Origin: Eledone cirrhosa
Lineage: Eukaryota
DNA length: 64,000 bases
Direction of reading: 5' to 3'
Assembly (NCBI GenBank): GCA_964016885.1
Contig: OZ024742.1
Span: 73,780,001-73,844,000, forward strand
Shown here: positions 11,746 through 23,957 of the stretch, in pieces
Numbering within the stretch: position 1 is the first letter of the stretch
Layout of the letters: each line of letters opens with the position of its first letter
Program-made: the position numbers and the translations under genes
The notes under the pieces: model-generated
Seen by the model: only the letters and a program-made list of their open reading frames with translations
Told to the model about the DNA's origin: nothing
Databases searched by the model: none

Positions 11746-14557
11746 ATATTTCTTTATTAGCTACAGGGGCACAAAAGAAGGGGACAAATACAAAGGGGGA
11801 AGTTTACATACAATAAAAACGTGTAAAATGTTATCACAGATGGAATTTAAAAGTTAGTCGATTTTCCCCAATAGAGGGAAACAGTTTATATGGGTAACAC
11901 ATACCCCCGAAAAAAAATGTGTAACCCTCATCTCCAGTAGTACGAAGAGCTTGTACTCCTTTCCTCTCCTCCTCCTTTTCCTCAACCTACAGGCTGATAT
12001 AGAGAGAAGGCCCATTCACTCGGGCCATTCTCGCCACTTTCACCCACCTTTCATAAAACTTGCTGGGGTACAGCACCTCTCTCTCCATCCTGATTCTTCT
12101 TCCAAAGTGGTATTTGAAAAAAAGAATCAGTTGTTGGCCGGAGAGAAAGGTGTCTGACCTCAGCCCTTTCAACCTTGTCCACCATACAACCTCTTTCGCC
12201 ATAGCTATCACACAAAGGAAAACCGCCTCTCCTTCGTTTTTGAAGGAGGGTGGCGGTTTGATCATGACAATGGACTCGGTGGTCAACTGGATTGGTCCCA
12301 CCCGCGACAATAGTCGTTCTACATAGCCCCACAGGTCAGTGACGCCCGGGCAGTGTATGAATGCGTGCTCGACGGTTTCTTCTTCTCGCACGCACCTCGG
12401 ACAGATCTTTTTTGCAGGGTCCCTGCCCGGGCGCCCATGTCTGTAGAGCTTGTCTCGAACTGGTAGAGCTCCTCGGTAGCACTGCCAGGCCAGGGACTTT
12501 TGGAAGTTGTCCATCGGTCCCGGGCGGAAGGTCCTACCGAACAGACTGGCCAGTTCATCTTCCTCTACGCCTAGAGTTTCACCGAGCGCGTCGTCGCACT
12601 TGCTGCGGACCAACCCTCTATAGAATGACGAAGTGGAGTCTCCACTGATCACCGGGTCCGCCTGCCAGAGGGCTGTGAGCCTCTGAGCACATTCGATGTG
12701 CCAGTCGCCCATTTTCCTCGGTCTCTTCTTGACCCAGGACTGCAGCTCGGTCAGCGAGACGAGTCGTGGGAAGGCTCGCCTCACGAACGGGGCCCACACA
12801 GGTTGTCCGGTGAGTAATACGTAGAGATGCCGCAGCCTGAGCGCGTGTTTGCGCATCGTCAACCACGGCATCCCCAACCCTCCGTTAGAAGGGTGTTGGC
12901 AGCAGATGGATCTTCTCACCAAAGGAGCCCGCCTCTTCCAAAGGAATCGGAAGAGCGCGCGCTCCATTTTGGCGAGCGTTTTGGCTGGACAAGGCACGAC
13001 GGTCAAGCGGTAGTAGATGGCGGACGCTATAAAAGTGTTCGCCACCTCCGCTCGACCTTTCAAGGATAGTTTGCACTCGGCCCACTTCTGGGTGAGTGCA
13101 AACACCTTGGCCGTCACTTCGTTCCAGTTCTTCTCCACCTGGAGGTCCGGACCAAACCAGATCCCGAGCAGCTTTACCGGTCCTTCCGTCCAGCGTCCGA
13201 CGACGCCATCGGAAGGCATCGGTCTGCCTCTCCACGATCCGAGTTGCAAACCGATGGACTTGTCCCGGTTCAGCTTCGCTCCTGTGAGACTTTCGTATTC
13301 CTTTAGTAAGGTGCCGACTTCCTCGATTTGCGAGGCGCTCGACACCATTACTGTCACGTCGTCGGCGTAGGCTGACGCCGCTTTCCGCAGTCCCGGTTCC
13401 AGAGGGATGCCCTGCAATAGCTCCAGCTTCCGCAGTAGTGGCTCGAGAGTCAGTACGTACAGAAGGGAGGAGAGAGGGCATCCCTGTCGAATGGATCGCG
13501 TAATATGGAACGGCTCCGAGAGGTAACCGTTCACCTTGACCCTTGAGCAGATGTTGCTGTTGTGCATTGCAGCAATCCAGCCCCTGAACACGGGTCCGAA
13601 GCCTGCCGCCTCGAGCACCGCATCCAGGTAACGATGGTCAACCCTATCGAAAGCCTTAGACTGATCCAAGTTGATCAGGGCCCCACCGAAGCCGGGTTAA
13701 CACCCTACCCTCTCTATGATGTATCGCATGAGGTGGAGGTTGTCGTGTATGGACCTGGTCGGGATCGCGCATGTCTGCGCTTCTCCCACCAGGTTCTCGA
13801 CGACAAGCGCCAGCCTCTTTGCCAACACCTTGGCCAAAATCTGTAACTCTGTGTTTAGCAGAGTTATGGGCCGGAAGTTGCCTATGTCATCCCCCTTATT
13901 CTCGTCCTTCCTGATTAGTGTGACCACGCCCCCGGTTACAGAACTGGGAATTCTCCCGTTCTGTTGCCAGTTGCAGTAGACCGCTTCCAGGAGACCGGAG
14001 AATAAGTCCGGCATTGCTACGTAAAATTCGTAGGGTAGACCGTCGAGACCTGGAGATTTGCGTTTGCCGCATTTGCTCAGCGCGTCCCCTATCTCAGTGG
14101 CTGAAATCGGCTTTTCGCAGAACTTCGCCTCGCTGTACGAGAGTCGCGGTAGGCCGTCGAGGTATGGACCGAAATCCATCGCCTCTCCCGGCGCGCCTCT
14201 CCCCCCGAACAGCCGAGCAAAGTGCCGCTGAAAAGCCGCACACATCTGCTTCGGCTCACGTATCACGCGTCCGTTTTGGTCCTTCAAAGACCGAATCGTG
14301 GACTTGTTGCCACTTTTTGCCTCCGTCACTCGGACCCAGCTAACAGCTTTGGCTCCCTCGTTTCCCAGAGCACGTATTTTGCTTCTGACAACGCAGCCCT
14401 CGTGCTTTGCGTCGAAGAACTGGTCCAAGGCCGTTCTCGTTGCTAGCATGCTGGCTACGTTGCCACTTCTAATTGCCTCTTCTACTTTATCTACCAGTTC
14501 CTTCTCGGTTCTATTTCTATCTAACGCTAATTCTTTACTAAAAACTATCGAGTCTAA
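11746..14557 (-). mobile_element. Tx1/L1-clade LINE, family 1, 5'-truncated (copy C); ORF2 open apart from one nonsense codon
   Basis: ORFs 13697-14449 and 11987-13669 are in frame and separated by TAA at 13697-13699 where copy B has GAA; QGCPLS and YADD motifs; (TAGA)n both sides. Confidence 0.93.

Positions 14558-14628
<71 letters not shown>
14558..14628. repeat. (TAGA)n microsatellite at the 5' junction of Tx1 copy C
   Basis: Direct reading. Confidence 0.95.
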
Positions 14629-14629
<1 letters not shown>

Positions 14630-15034
14630 ACATGCATGTGTAGGTATGCGTCACCCTCTCTATGATCAATTCGCTCTCATTTTCTATGTATAGCGACTGT
14701 ATATTTTACACCTCACTCGCTCGCTATTTCATACTCCTACTTCTGGAATTGAATTATTTTTCAGTAGTGACATGAGAAATGGACAAGCTTATAGCCTTTT
14801 CTCGACGCTCCTGAGAATGAGGAATATGGACATGGTGAGGAGCTGCCTGTATAAGGTGATTTGGATAAATATTCAGTTTCTACCATTTTGTATCTTAGTG
14901 AAGTGGTCAGGGTGCTGGATGCAAGATCATAATGTCTTGGGTTCGATTTTTGGATTGGACAACGTGCTGTGTTCTTTAGCAAAGACACTTCCTTTCCCAC
15001 CTTATTCATGATATGACTGGGTTCTCTACCATTG

Positions 15035-15374
15035 AAACACCTGAGATAGTTTCAATGAGATCTTACCTCATAGAAGATCAGCTAAACCTGCATAAGTGTG
15101 AGGTGTAACAACATTATAGTACTGGGCACCCTATCATTAAAACACCTGTAATAGTTTCTATGAGACCTCACCTCGTAGCAGGTTAGCTAAATCTATGTAG
15201 GAGTGAGGTGTAACAACATGATACGACCGACGCCTCTATCACTAAAGTACTCAATACACCTCCTATGAAATGTTACATATTAGGTCACATAAGCCTGCAT
15301 AGGGGTGATGTGTAACAATAACATGATAGGACTGAACACTGTATCTTTAAAACACCTGATATAGTTTCTATGAG
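15035..15374 (+). repeat. Diverged tandem repeat with a unit of about 105 bp, interrupted by an insertion and resuming near 16778
   Basis: AAACACCTG..ATAGTTTC.ATGAGA...AGCTAAACCT.CATA.GTG.GAGGTGTAAC recurs near 15035, 15140, 15253 and 15350, with CAGCTAAACCTACATAGGTGCGAGGTGTAA near 16782. Confidence 0.75.
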
Positions 15375-16772
15375 ATGTGGCAGACTGGCTAGGTTGCCAG
15401 GTTTCCCAATAGCAAGTGGGCCCCAGTGGGCCCACGGTAGCATTGCAAGAGCCCACTGTAGCATTGCAGGGCCCACTGTAGTATTTTAGGAGCCAATGCT
15501 TTGCTTTAAAAAAATACCTGAAATCTAAGAGAAAGAATAAAATTTGGTCAACCAATTTCTCAGGGAATTACTAGAAACCAAAATATAGTGCAAATAGCTG
15601 GAATCTGTGGTTGTACAGAGGAGGGGAAGAAATGAGTTGGAAAAGAAATCAAACATGGATTACAGGTTAAAATGTAGTCTAGATAGATGAGAAACAAAAC
15701 GAGGATGTAGTTTATGGAACTCCCAAATGATTTAGAAGTCGACCTTAAGTAGGAACAATAACATTAAGAAAGACATGAAAGAGACTACAACACTTTGTTT
15801 TGAAAATTTTGAAAGTAGGTTTATAAGTATGAATTTTCATTATATTTTTGTAGTTGTCTCTGTGGCCTAGTAGTAGGTACTAGAGATGGTGGAGATCCTG
15901 GTCAAGAGGTACATGTAACCTTTTTCAGTTTTTATTTTACAACCAATAGAAAAAAACTGAAAAAGGTTTACCAGGATCCCTACTCCCGACCAGGATTGAA
16001 CTTCAGACCGGGATCACCACTGTCTTTGATTCCTCCAACTAGACAACCGAGACAGCTCTCAAAGTATAGTGAAAATTGATAATTATAAACCTACTTTCAA
16101 AATCAAAGATAAAAAGATGTGGTGTCGTTCATGGCTTTCCTAGAGCTATGAGTAATATTTAGGGTCAACTTGTCAATCTTCTGGCCCTTTGGTAACAACC
16201 TTATTATTTCTGTGTGTTTAACTGTTGAATTAATTTAATTTGATTATTTTAGCAAACAAATAATATATATATATATAAAATTGAAATAAGCGGGGCAAGC
16301 AAGATTCAAACAATTTTTTTTACAACCAATAGAAAAACCCGAAAAAGTTATCTGGGAATATCTACTCCTGACCAGGATTGAACTCCAACCCAAGATCATC
16401 ACTGTCTATGATTTCTCCAACTAGGCCATCGATACAGCTACGAAAGTATAATGAAAATTGATAATTAAAAACCTAGTTTCAAAATCAAATTTAAAAAGAT
16501 GTGCTGTCGTTCATGGCTTTCATAGAGCTATTAGTAATATTTAGGGTTGACTTCTGGTCATTATTGAAAGTCTCTGGATTTCGCAAAATACATATTTTTT
16601 TATTGGAGAAGGTAAGATATTTTTTCCGCAAAAATTTGATTGCGCTGTTTTGTTTCCACTTGTGTATTTTAAAAAAATGTTATTTATTCATTATAAAAAT
16701 TAAATTGTGGCATTCTATATGTAGGTGGGCCCCTTCATGGCAACCAATATTTTTAGACCCAGTCCATCCCTT
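15375..16772 (-). mobile_element. Non-autonomous hAT-like DNA transposon with internal inverted tRNA-like modules
   Basis: Degenerate CAGTGGCGGACTGG-type ends (ATGTGGCAGACTGG ... CCAGTCCATCCCTT); homologous in reverse to 57834-59540; no clear TSD. Confidence 0.6.
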
Positions 16773-17199
16773 TTAGGAGACCAGCTAAACCTACATAGGT
16801 GCGAGGTGTAATTGTCACTCATTTCAATAAAAAGAAAGAGTTGTGAAGAAATGGAAGACGGAAGAGACAATTTTCGGTGTAAAGGAGATGCGATATCTAG
16901 AGGCGATGAGCAGAGATAGTTGTAATAGTGATACACCAAAGAGAATACCATATTTGGTAAAAACCTAGTGAATTGTTAAATAACCAAATATAATTTTTTT
17001 AATTTCTATATTTTTGTTCTTCAGCTCATTGACTCCTGCCAACATCTTTCCCAAGCTACAGAAAACACATTGTAGCTATACTGAGGAATGTATGTATGTA
17101 TGTATGTATGTATGTATGTATGTATGTATGTATGTATGTATGTATGTATGTATGTATGTACGTATGTACGTACGTACGTACGTACGTATGTATGCATGT

Positions 17200-17410
17200 T
17201 TTGGTGACCGAAGTGAGAGACCCCAAGTTCTTGTTAGGACACCATTCTAGAAGAAGGAAAATTCTGATGTAAAACCTGCGACTCAATGGCAACCAATGAT
17301 GTTGACCAGTTCTTCCTATTAGATACCTGCCACCGTTGTTCAAAGAGTGGGATTGGTCCAGTGCAAGGCCTTTGTTCACTTAAAACAGCTTCAAGCACAG
17401 GCATCACTTC
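17200..17410 (+). mobile_element. Diverged relative of the bipartite RTE-derived element, next to (TATG)n
   Basis: TTCTAGAAGAAGGAAAATTCTGATG..AACCTGC...CCAATGATGTTGAC...AGAGTGGGA aligns with about 1020-1180. Confidence 0.7.
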
Positions 17411-18982
17411 ATGTAAACGACTCTTACGTGTATTGCGTGAGCAAGGTGTTTTTTATCAATGAAATTTGAAAATGTATGAGTCCCAAGCGCAAAATATAAA
17501 TATAGTAGCAGCCAGGCACTAAATATAATAGTTGAGACAATTAGATAAATTATCTTTAGAGAGGGAAAAAAGTGAACAGAGGCACCTAGGAGAATTCGAA
17601 TCCGTATCTCTCAAATACCAGTATTCGAGAGATACAGGTTAGATTCTGCGTATGCGCCTCCCTGTGCCGAAGATACACCGTATTTCACTCCTACGGTACT
17701 CCTACGACACCACCAGGAGTTTTAGAGTCCATGTATACATGTATGGGTTTTTTTCTTTAAGGTTTATTTAAGTTTATTCAAGCTGGTCACTATTAAAGTG
17801 ACAAGAAAGTTCCTGAGATTTGTAAATATGTGAGTTAATGTTTTCATATATGTATGTGGGTATGTGGCATTTAACGTTTACATATATGTATGTGGCATTT
17901 AATGTTTACATATATGTATATACCAGTTAATGTTTACATGTATGTATGTGGCAGTTACTGTTTACATGTATGTATGTGGCAGTTACTGTTTACACGTATG
18001 TAGGTGGATGTACATGTTTGTATGTATGCATGTATTATGTATGTATGTATGTATATGTGTATGTATATGTGTATGTATATGTGTATGTATGTATGAATGT
18101 GTGTGTGTGTGTGTGTTTTGTCTCTCTGATTGGAGTTTTAAAGTTTGTTTTGACCGGCCACTTGCTCAATGGTAAGGTGGTAAGGTCGCAAAGAAAATAT
18201 TTTTTTTAAAGGGGTCCTTGTTCTTGTCGTCCTTTGCTCTACCATTTGTCTTTTAAATATTTATAAGTCTTGCAGGTTTTTATTGTTCCTGTACTGTTCT
18301 CTAGCACACGGGTTGTGGAGCTACGATATATTTTTTTAAAATCTAAGTTCAACCTTTCTTTCATCTGGTACATATCCTGTACATACCTTAATATATATTC
18401 TGTTTCTTCAGTGATAATGCATTAAGCTAATGGTATATTTTGGGAAAGGGATGTAAAGACTACTCGTTAATGTTCCTTAGATGTCTTCCTTTTACCTGGA
18501 TTTTTCTTACAATGCGCGGTTGACTTTCTCAACAGAGCACGTTTATATTGTGGTCTGAAATGTATGTATGGATGGATGTGGTCGGTTATGTTTGTATTGA
18601 TTTGTTGCTTTTAATTCTTAGGTTCCAAATTCTTGCTACTGGATTGTATGGCGACGACTTTCAAAATTATATATAACAAAATTGTTGGTATTCCATACCA
18701 GGTACCTGAATAGAGGGTAGAATCAATTGATAAAGTTCCACACCTCACTGTTTACCGAGTGAAGTGGAACTCGTCAAATCGGACCAAGAAAACAATGTTT
18801 CCATTGGTCTTTCCATTGTTGATACTATCTACCAGTCGCAACTCCTGGCAGAAAGAGCAAGTTGAAATAAAGTGTCTTACTCAAGGACATAACACATCGC
18901 TCAGTCCGGGAATCGAACTTACAACCTCACGATTGTGAATCAAACTAGAAAGAAACAAGACAGTTATTAATAAGAAGAGTTG

Positions 18983-19063
18983 AAATTAATGCATGCAAGA
19001 TTTCATAGCTCTAGCATCACTCCTTCATAGTCAGCTTATGAACTTTTCAACCGACCCTCGTAT
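18983..19063 (-). mobile_element. Mariner-type terminal inverted repeat (TIR) or MITE end
   Basis: TA-CGAGGGTCGGTTGAAAAGTTCATAAGCTGAC on the minus strand; homologous end at about 40221-40300. Confidence 0.55.
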
Positions 19064-19794
19064 AATAGCTCCAAATGTTCCATTATTTTGCAGTATTGCC
19101 TTCAACATCGCCAATGGGCAAATGTAAGACATCCTTAGATAACCAAACAGAAATAGAGTATACAGATATACTGTATACTCTGGATTGGTGAAACATAAAA
19201 TTTGGATAATTAATTTAAACGGCGATATGTTCAATGTCGCACGCTAAAAACTACTTTCTAGTTGGATGAAGAAATAAAAATCTAGTGGTAATTCTTTAAA
19301 TTTTCAAAGAAAAGAGGAGATAATTTCGGAATATAAGTCGAAAGAGAACATATACGCGGCCACTTGACCTGCTAGAAATAGTAGATATATCTCCTTCAAA
19401 TCACACGCTAATATCTTTTAAAAGAACACTTTGGATACGGGCTAGTCAAAATTGTGATTCCCCCGTTCATATGTCTGTCTCATTAAGGTTTACCTGGACC
19501 GCCATAACAATAACAAACATTTAAAGTTAAGTTGTTTTTTTTAATCAGGAGTTCTGCGTTTGATGGAGAATTGCCTATGATTGTCTAGGACATGAGTAAA
19601 ATAACCATATATGGTCACTATAGATTAGGAGCAAAAAGAAGGTAAGTTAGAATATAGGGTCCTTAACTCCTGATGAAGTTGCTGGGGGACCGTCCTATCT
19701 CAGTGCGTATCTTACGCGTTTTAAATTTGGCAAAGCCCATTTTCTCCAGTTTAGAACACAGCCGATTTCTTCCAGAGAATGAGACAGAGAAAAG

Positions 19795-19952
19795 ACAGGT
19801 ACTTGACAGGTACTTTACTAAGCGACCTTGAAAGGATGAAAGGTAAAATTGACTTCGGCGGGATTTGAACTCAAAGAACAGTGGGTTGGTGCAGACACAG
19901 AGGGAAATTTAGTCCAATGTACCCTAACGACTCTGCCAATTTGCCGCCTGCG
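19795..19952 (-). mobile_element. tRNA-derived SINE remnant
   Basis: GAGTTCAAATCCCGCCGAAGTCAA...CTTTCATCCTTTC shared with 43310-43390, 50190-50320 and 53416-53605. Confidence 0.65.
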
Positions 19953-21314
19953 CAACAAAGATGAAATATGAAATAAAACGATGGCCAGCTGATGACCATC
20001 AATTATGATCCAGATAAACACCATGAAATGGTTCAGAGCTATATAAACCTCTGCTTAGAAAGCGAGTGTAATGGAATTTAACATCTCACCAAACTACAGA
20101 AAAGAATTAATTAATGTCGACATGAAACAGAATTTTCCTTGCAAAACATCGTGGCCTCTCCTCTGACCGAAAATAACCTCGAGGTTATCGTGGTGATAAA
20201 AATGAAAGAAAGACTCCACTAAATGTGAATTGAGGAAAAAAATGTTTAATAGAAGAACTGCTTCACTAGACTATTGTACTCAGAGACACAGTTATACACA
20301 TTTATACGCATGCATGTAACCACAGGAGGTGTACTAATACGCTTACGCAAGAACACGTAGCTTTTAAAGGACGTGTATCGGCACTCAAAATATATTTGTA
20401 GTAACAAGGACACAGTTATGTCAACACATCTACACAAACACACACATACGCACACATGCACACAAACATATACATACCATACATACGTGATGGCTGCCCC
20501 CTCGTTATCGAGTATATACATACATACATACATGTAGTGGCACTCTGTCGGTTACGACGACAAGAAGAGATCAGTAAAATAAATACCAGAAGAGAAATTA
20601 AGTACTGGGGTTGACATGATCAACCAACTAAATCCCTGGATGGTTGAAAGTGTGTATTTAATTGTGACCCCCCCCCCCCCCCCACACACACACACATACA
20701 TGGTACAGCGAAGACAAATAATTTTGAAAATAGACACACACATACACGCGCAGGCACGCACACACACGCACACATACACGCGCAAGCATGCACACACACA
20801 CACGCGCGCACGCATACACATACATATTGACAGACATGAGATACAGACTGAGAGACAAGATACTTACATATACAAATTCATAGGAACTACAAATACATAG
20901 GAACTAAACGAGAATTTATTGACGTATTTACAATAGTGATATGGCAGAACTAAAACTCAAAATCACTGAGACCAATGCAATTGACAGGCATACGAGAAGG
21001 CCTATGCGGTCGAAATAGCAGCCAAATTCCCTCAAATCGCACTCGACCGTCTTATACAAAGGAACGACACACTAGCCAACATAGTTCGATATACATTCAA
21101 ATGAAAGAGACACTATCAAAGCTGACCTAGGTCTAAATAACAACAACAACAAAATGACCAATCAACCAACGAAGGAGCTTTCGATAATAGGTCAGCTCAA
21201 TCATGGCTGACCTGGTATTAAACTCCAACAAATACTTATAATTGAACCAACGATGGAGTCTGTATACGGTCGCTCAACCCGTTGGAATTAACAGCCAAAT
21301 CTATTTCAAATTTC

Positions 21315-21700
21315 GTAATCAAACGGCCGAAACGGGGTTCCGCCGAAGGATCTTTGGAGCAACGTTACTCGATAGAGTGTGTAGCTCGGAGATCAGAGAG
21401 TTGCTCCAAATAGAGCCGCTACTTCTTCGAATCGAGAGATCACAGCTCCGATACTATGGGCATGTGGTTAGAATGACCCAAGAAAGAATAGCTGGACAGA
21501 TTTTATGGGCAAAACCAACAGGCAGAAGACCCATGGGTAGACCTCGGCAAGATGGTTGGATAACATCCATGAGCTTGGTTGATCTCGCTTGAGGATCCAG
21601 CCGGATCAGTTGGAGATGGTTGCTTCTGACAGGACCCGCTGGAAGGAGTGTTGCAGGACTTTGCCCCAACGACCCTCTCAGAATAAGTGGGCGAATAAGA
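21315..21700 (+). mobile_element. RTE-clade LINE 3' fragment
   Basis: LLLRIERSQLRYYGHVVRM...GRRPMGRPR; same family as 22320-22640. Confidence 0.85.
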
Positions 21701-22315
21701 AGTATGTTTTAAAAGGAGGGACACATTGGATAATGGATATTTTTCAGTATTAATACAATAATTAATTTTCATATTCAAAAATGTTAATCTAGTAAATGCT
21801 GAGATTTACACACAATAAAAAAAAAAATTGAGATATAATCAATGTCCCCCCCAAAATGTATACACACTTTAATATCATTCTAATAAATATTGCTTGTACA
21901 GGTAATCAAAGTGTGTATACATTTTTGGGGATACCCTGTAGATTACAGAGTAATGCAACGAACATTAGAGTTTATTTAATGTTGAATGTACAAGTATCAT
22001 TTCTTCGATCTCGTTTCCCCGGTGAGATATTATTATAACATAAATAATATAAAGATTAAAATATGTTCTGTATTGAGTATGTTGTAATTTACATTGTTAA
22101 AATCATTTATTAACATATCAAAATGTTTAACAATATGTATTTTGTAATTAGCGTTGTTAAAATTAATTATTAACAAATTAAAATGTTTTATATTGTATTG
22201 TGGATTTTGTCATTTATGTTATCAAAATCTTTTTTATCAATTAACTCAAAGTGAAAGTACGTTATGTAATTTATGTAAACGAACATATGTTTTTTTCGTT
22301 CATACTGGATACGAA

Positions 22316-22319
<4 letters not shown>

Positions 22320-22346
<27 letters not shown>

Positions 22347-23902
22347 CTTCTTCTTCTTCTTCTTGAGAGGGTATGTTGGGGAAGAATCCTCAGACACTCC
22401 TTCCAGCGGGTCCTGTCAAAAGCAACCATCTACAACTGGTCCAGCTGGATCCTCAAGTGAGACCAACCAAGCTGATGGATGCTATCCAACTATCTTGCTT
22501 GGAGTCTACTCCTGGATCTTCTGCCAGTTGGTTTTGCCCGTAAAATCTGTCCAGCAATCCTTTCCTGAGACATTCTAACCACATGCCCATAGTATCGGAG
22601 TTGTGATCTCTCAATTCGGAGAAGTAGCGGCTTCCCCAGCGGCTTTGCCACATTTCAGCTCTTTAAATGCTCTTGCGACCTCAGCTTCTGAGAGATTAGT
22701 CAGCGCCCCCAGATGCACCTCGTGTACATTCGAAGATGCTGTTGTGATTGGGTTTAGTAGATCAGCAAAGTATTCTTTCCCCCTCACGAGAATGCACCTT
22801 TCTAAAGAAAGGAGAACCCCAGACGCGTTCTTGATAGCAAGTGTGGAGGAGGGCTTCTTATTACAGCGAATTGTCTGCCAGAACACTTTATTTGCTGATC
22901 TGAAGTCGAATTCCAGCTTAACTCCAATGTCTTAACTCGTTACAGATAAGGAGCAGGAACTGGTGAAGGAAGCTAAATGGTACCAGCTAGATGTAGTCGG
23001 GGTCTCCTCAACAAAGTTCCATGGCTCTGATACTGTAGATTTTGATGGAGGATGGAAACTCCACTATTAAGGTGTGGCACCAGAAATGACTGCACAGGAA
23101 GGAGTCTCACAAGGCAGCTGTCAGAATATGTTATAGAGTGGATCTCATTAGAAGGGAGTATTTGCTTCTTAAAGCTTAGGCTAAAAAATGTGGGTGGTGC
23201 AAGTTTTTGCACCAAACAAGGAGTCCGAATGCAGCGCTAGATGTAGTTAAGACTGAGTCATATATCCTGATGGGAGACTTCAATGTTCATGTTGGCACTG
23301 ACAACATGACATGGAAAGGAGTGGTTGGAAGGAATGACGACCCCGATCTAAATACTAATGGAGAAGCCTTACTAGACTTCTGTTCTAGCAATGGACTCTC
23401 TATTATGAACACCTTCTTCCAGCACAGACATCCATAAATAACATCTCTTTGATTCTGCGATGGATGTTTGTGTTAAGAGAGGGGCTAAGGTGTCAACTGA
23501 TCAGGATTTAGTTATCTGCAACTTGAGACTACCTAAAGCCAAAGAAGCCCACAAAACTGGCAGGTCCAGAGCGACCTACAGAAAAAAGTGGGAAGCATTG
23601 GCGGATAAGGAAGTCACGACCAGGTATGCGGATAATATTGCGTCCCAGAGCAAAGTGAGGACGTTAAGACAGAGTGGAGATAGTTCAGCCCAGCAGTTTC
23701 TGTTTCAGCTGTTAAATGCTGCGGGCGAAAGAGGCTTAGGTTGGCGTCGGATAGCAAGAGGACCGCTTGGTTCAATCAAGAGGTGAAAGATGCCATCCAA
23801 GCAAAGAAGGAGGCTTACAAACCTTGGCTTTGAAATAAGTCCTCCTTGCACTTGTGGTATAAGCAAGCACGAAGAATCGCAGCAGAGAGTGTAAAGGCGT
23901 GA
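22320..23902 (-). mobile_element. RTE-clade LINE insertion with inverted 5' segment, (GAA)n tail and 11-bp TSD
   Basis: 3' part on minus (22935 to 22320), endonuclease part on plus (22936-23900: ILMGDFNVHVG, LLDFCSSNGLSIMNTFFQH); ATACGAAACTT at 22309-22319 and 23903-23913. Confidence 0.85.
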
Positions 23903-23957
23903 ATACGAAACTTACCTACTAAATCTGAAATTAAAATTATGCATTAATAACAAATAA

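Noticed and set aside
15035-15374. CRISPR-like or other prokaryotic arrays in the tandem repeats
   Set aside because: No repeat-spacer alternation and no cas genes; the context is eukaryotic.
17580-17730. Hairpins and CTGGTGG...GAAATAC-GGT-GTATC on the minus strand
   Set aside because: Core doubly mutated and no stem I; cannot be called a hammerhead.
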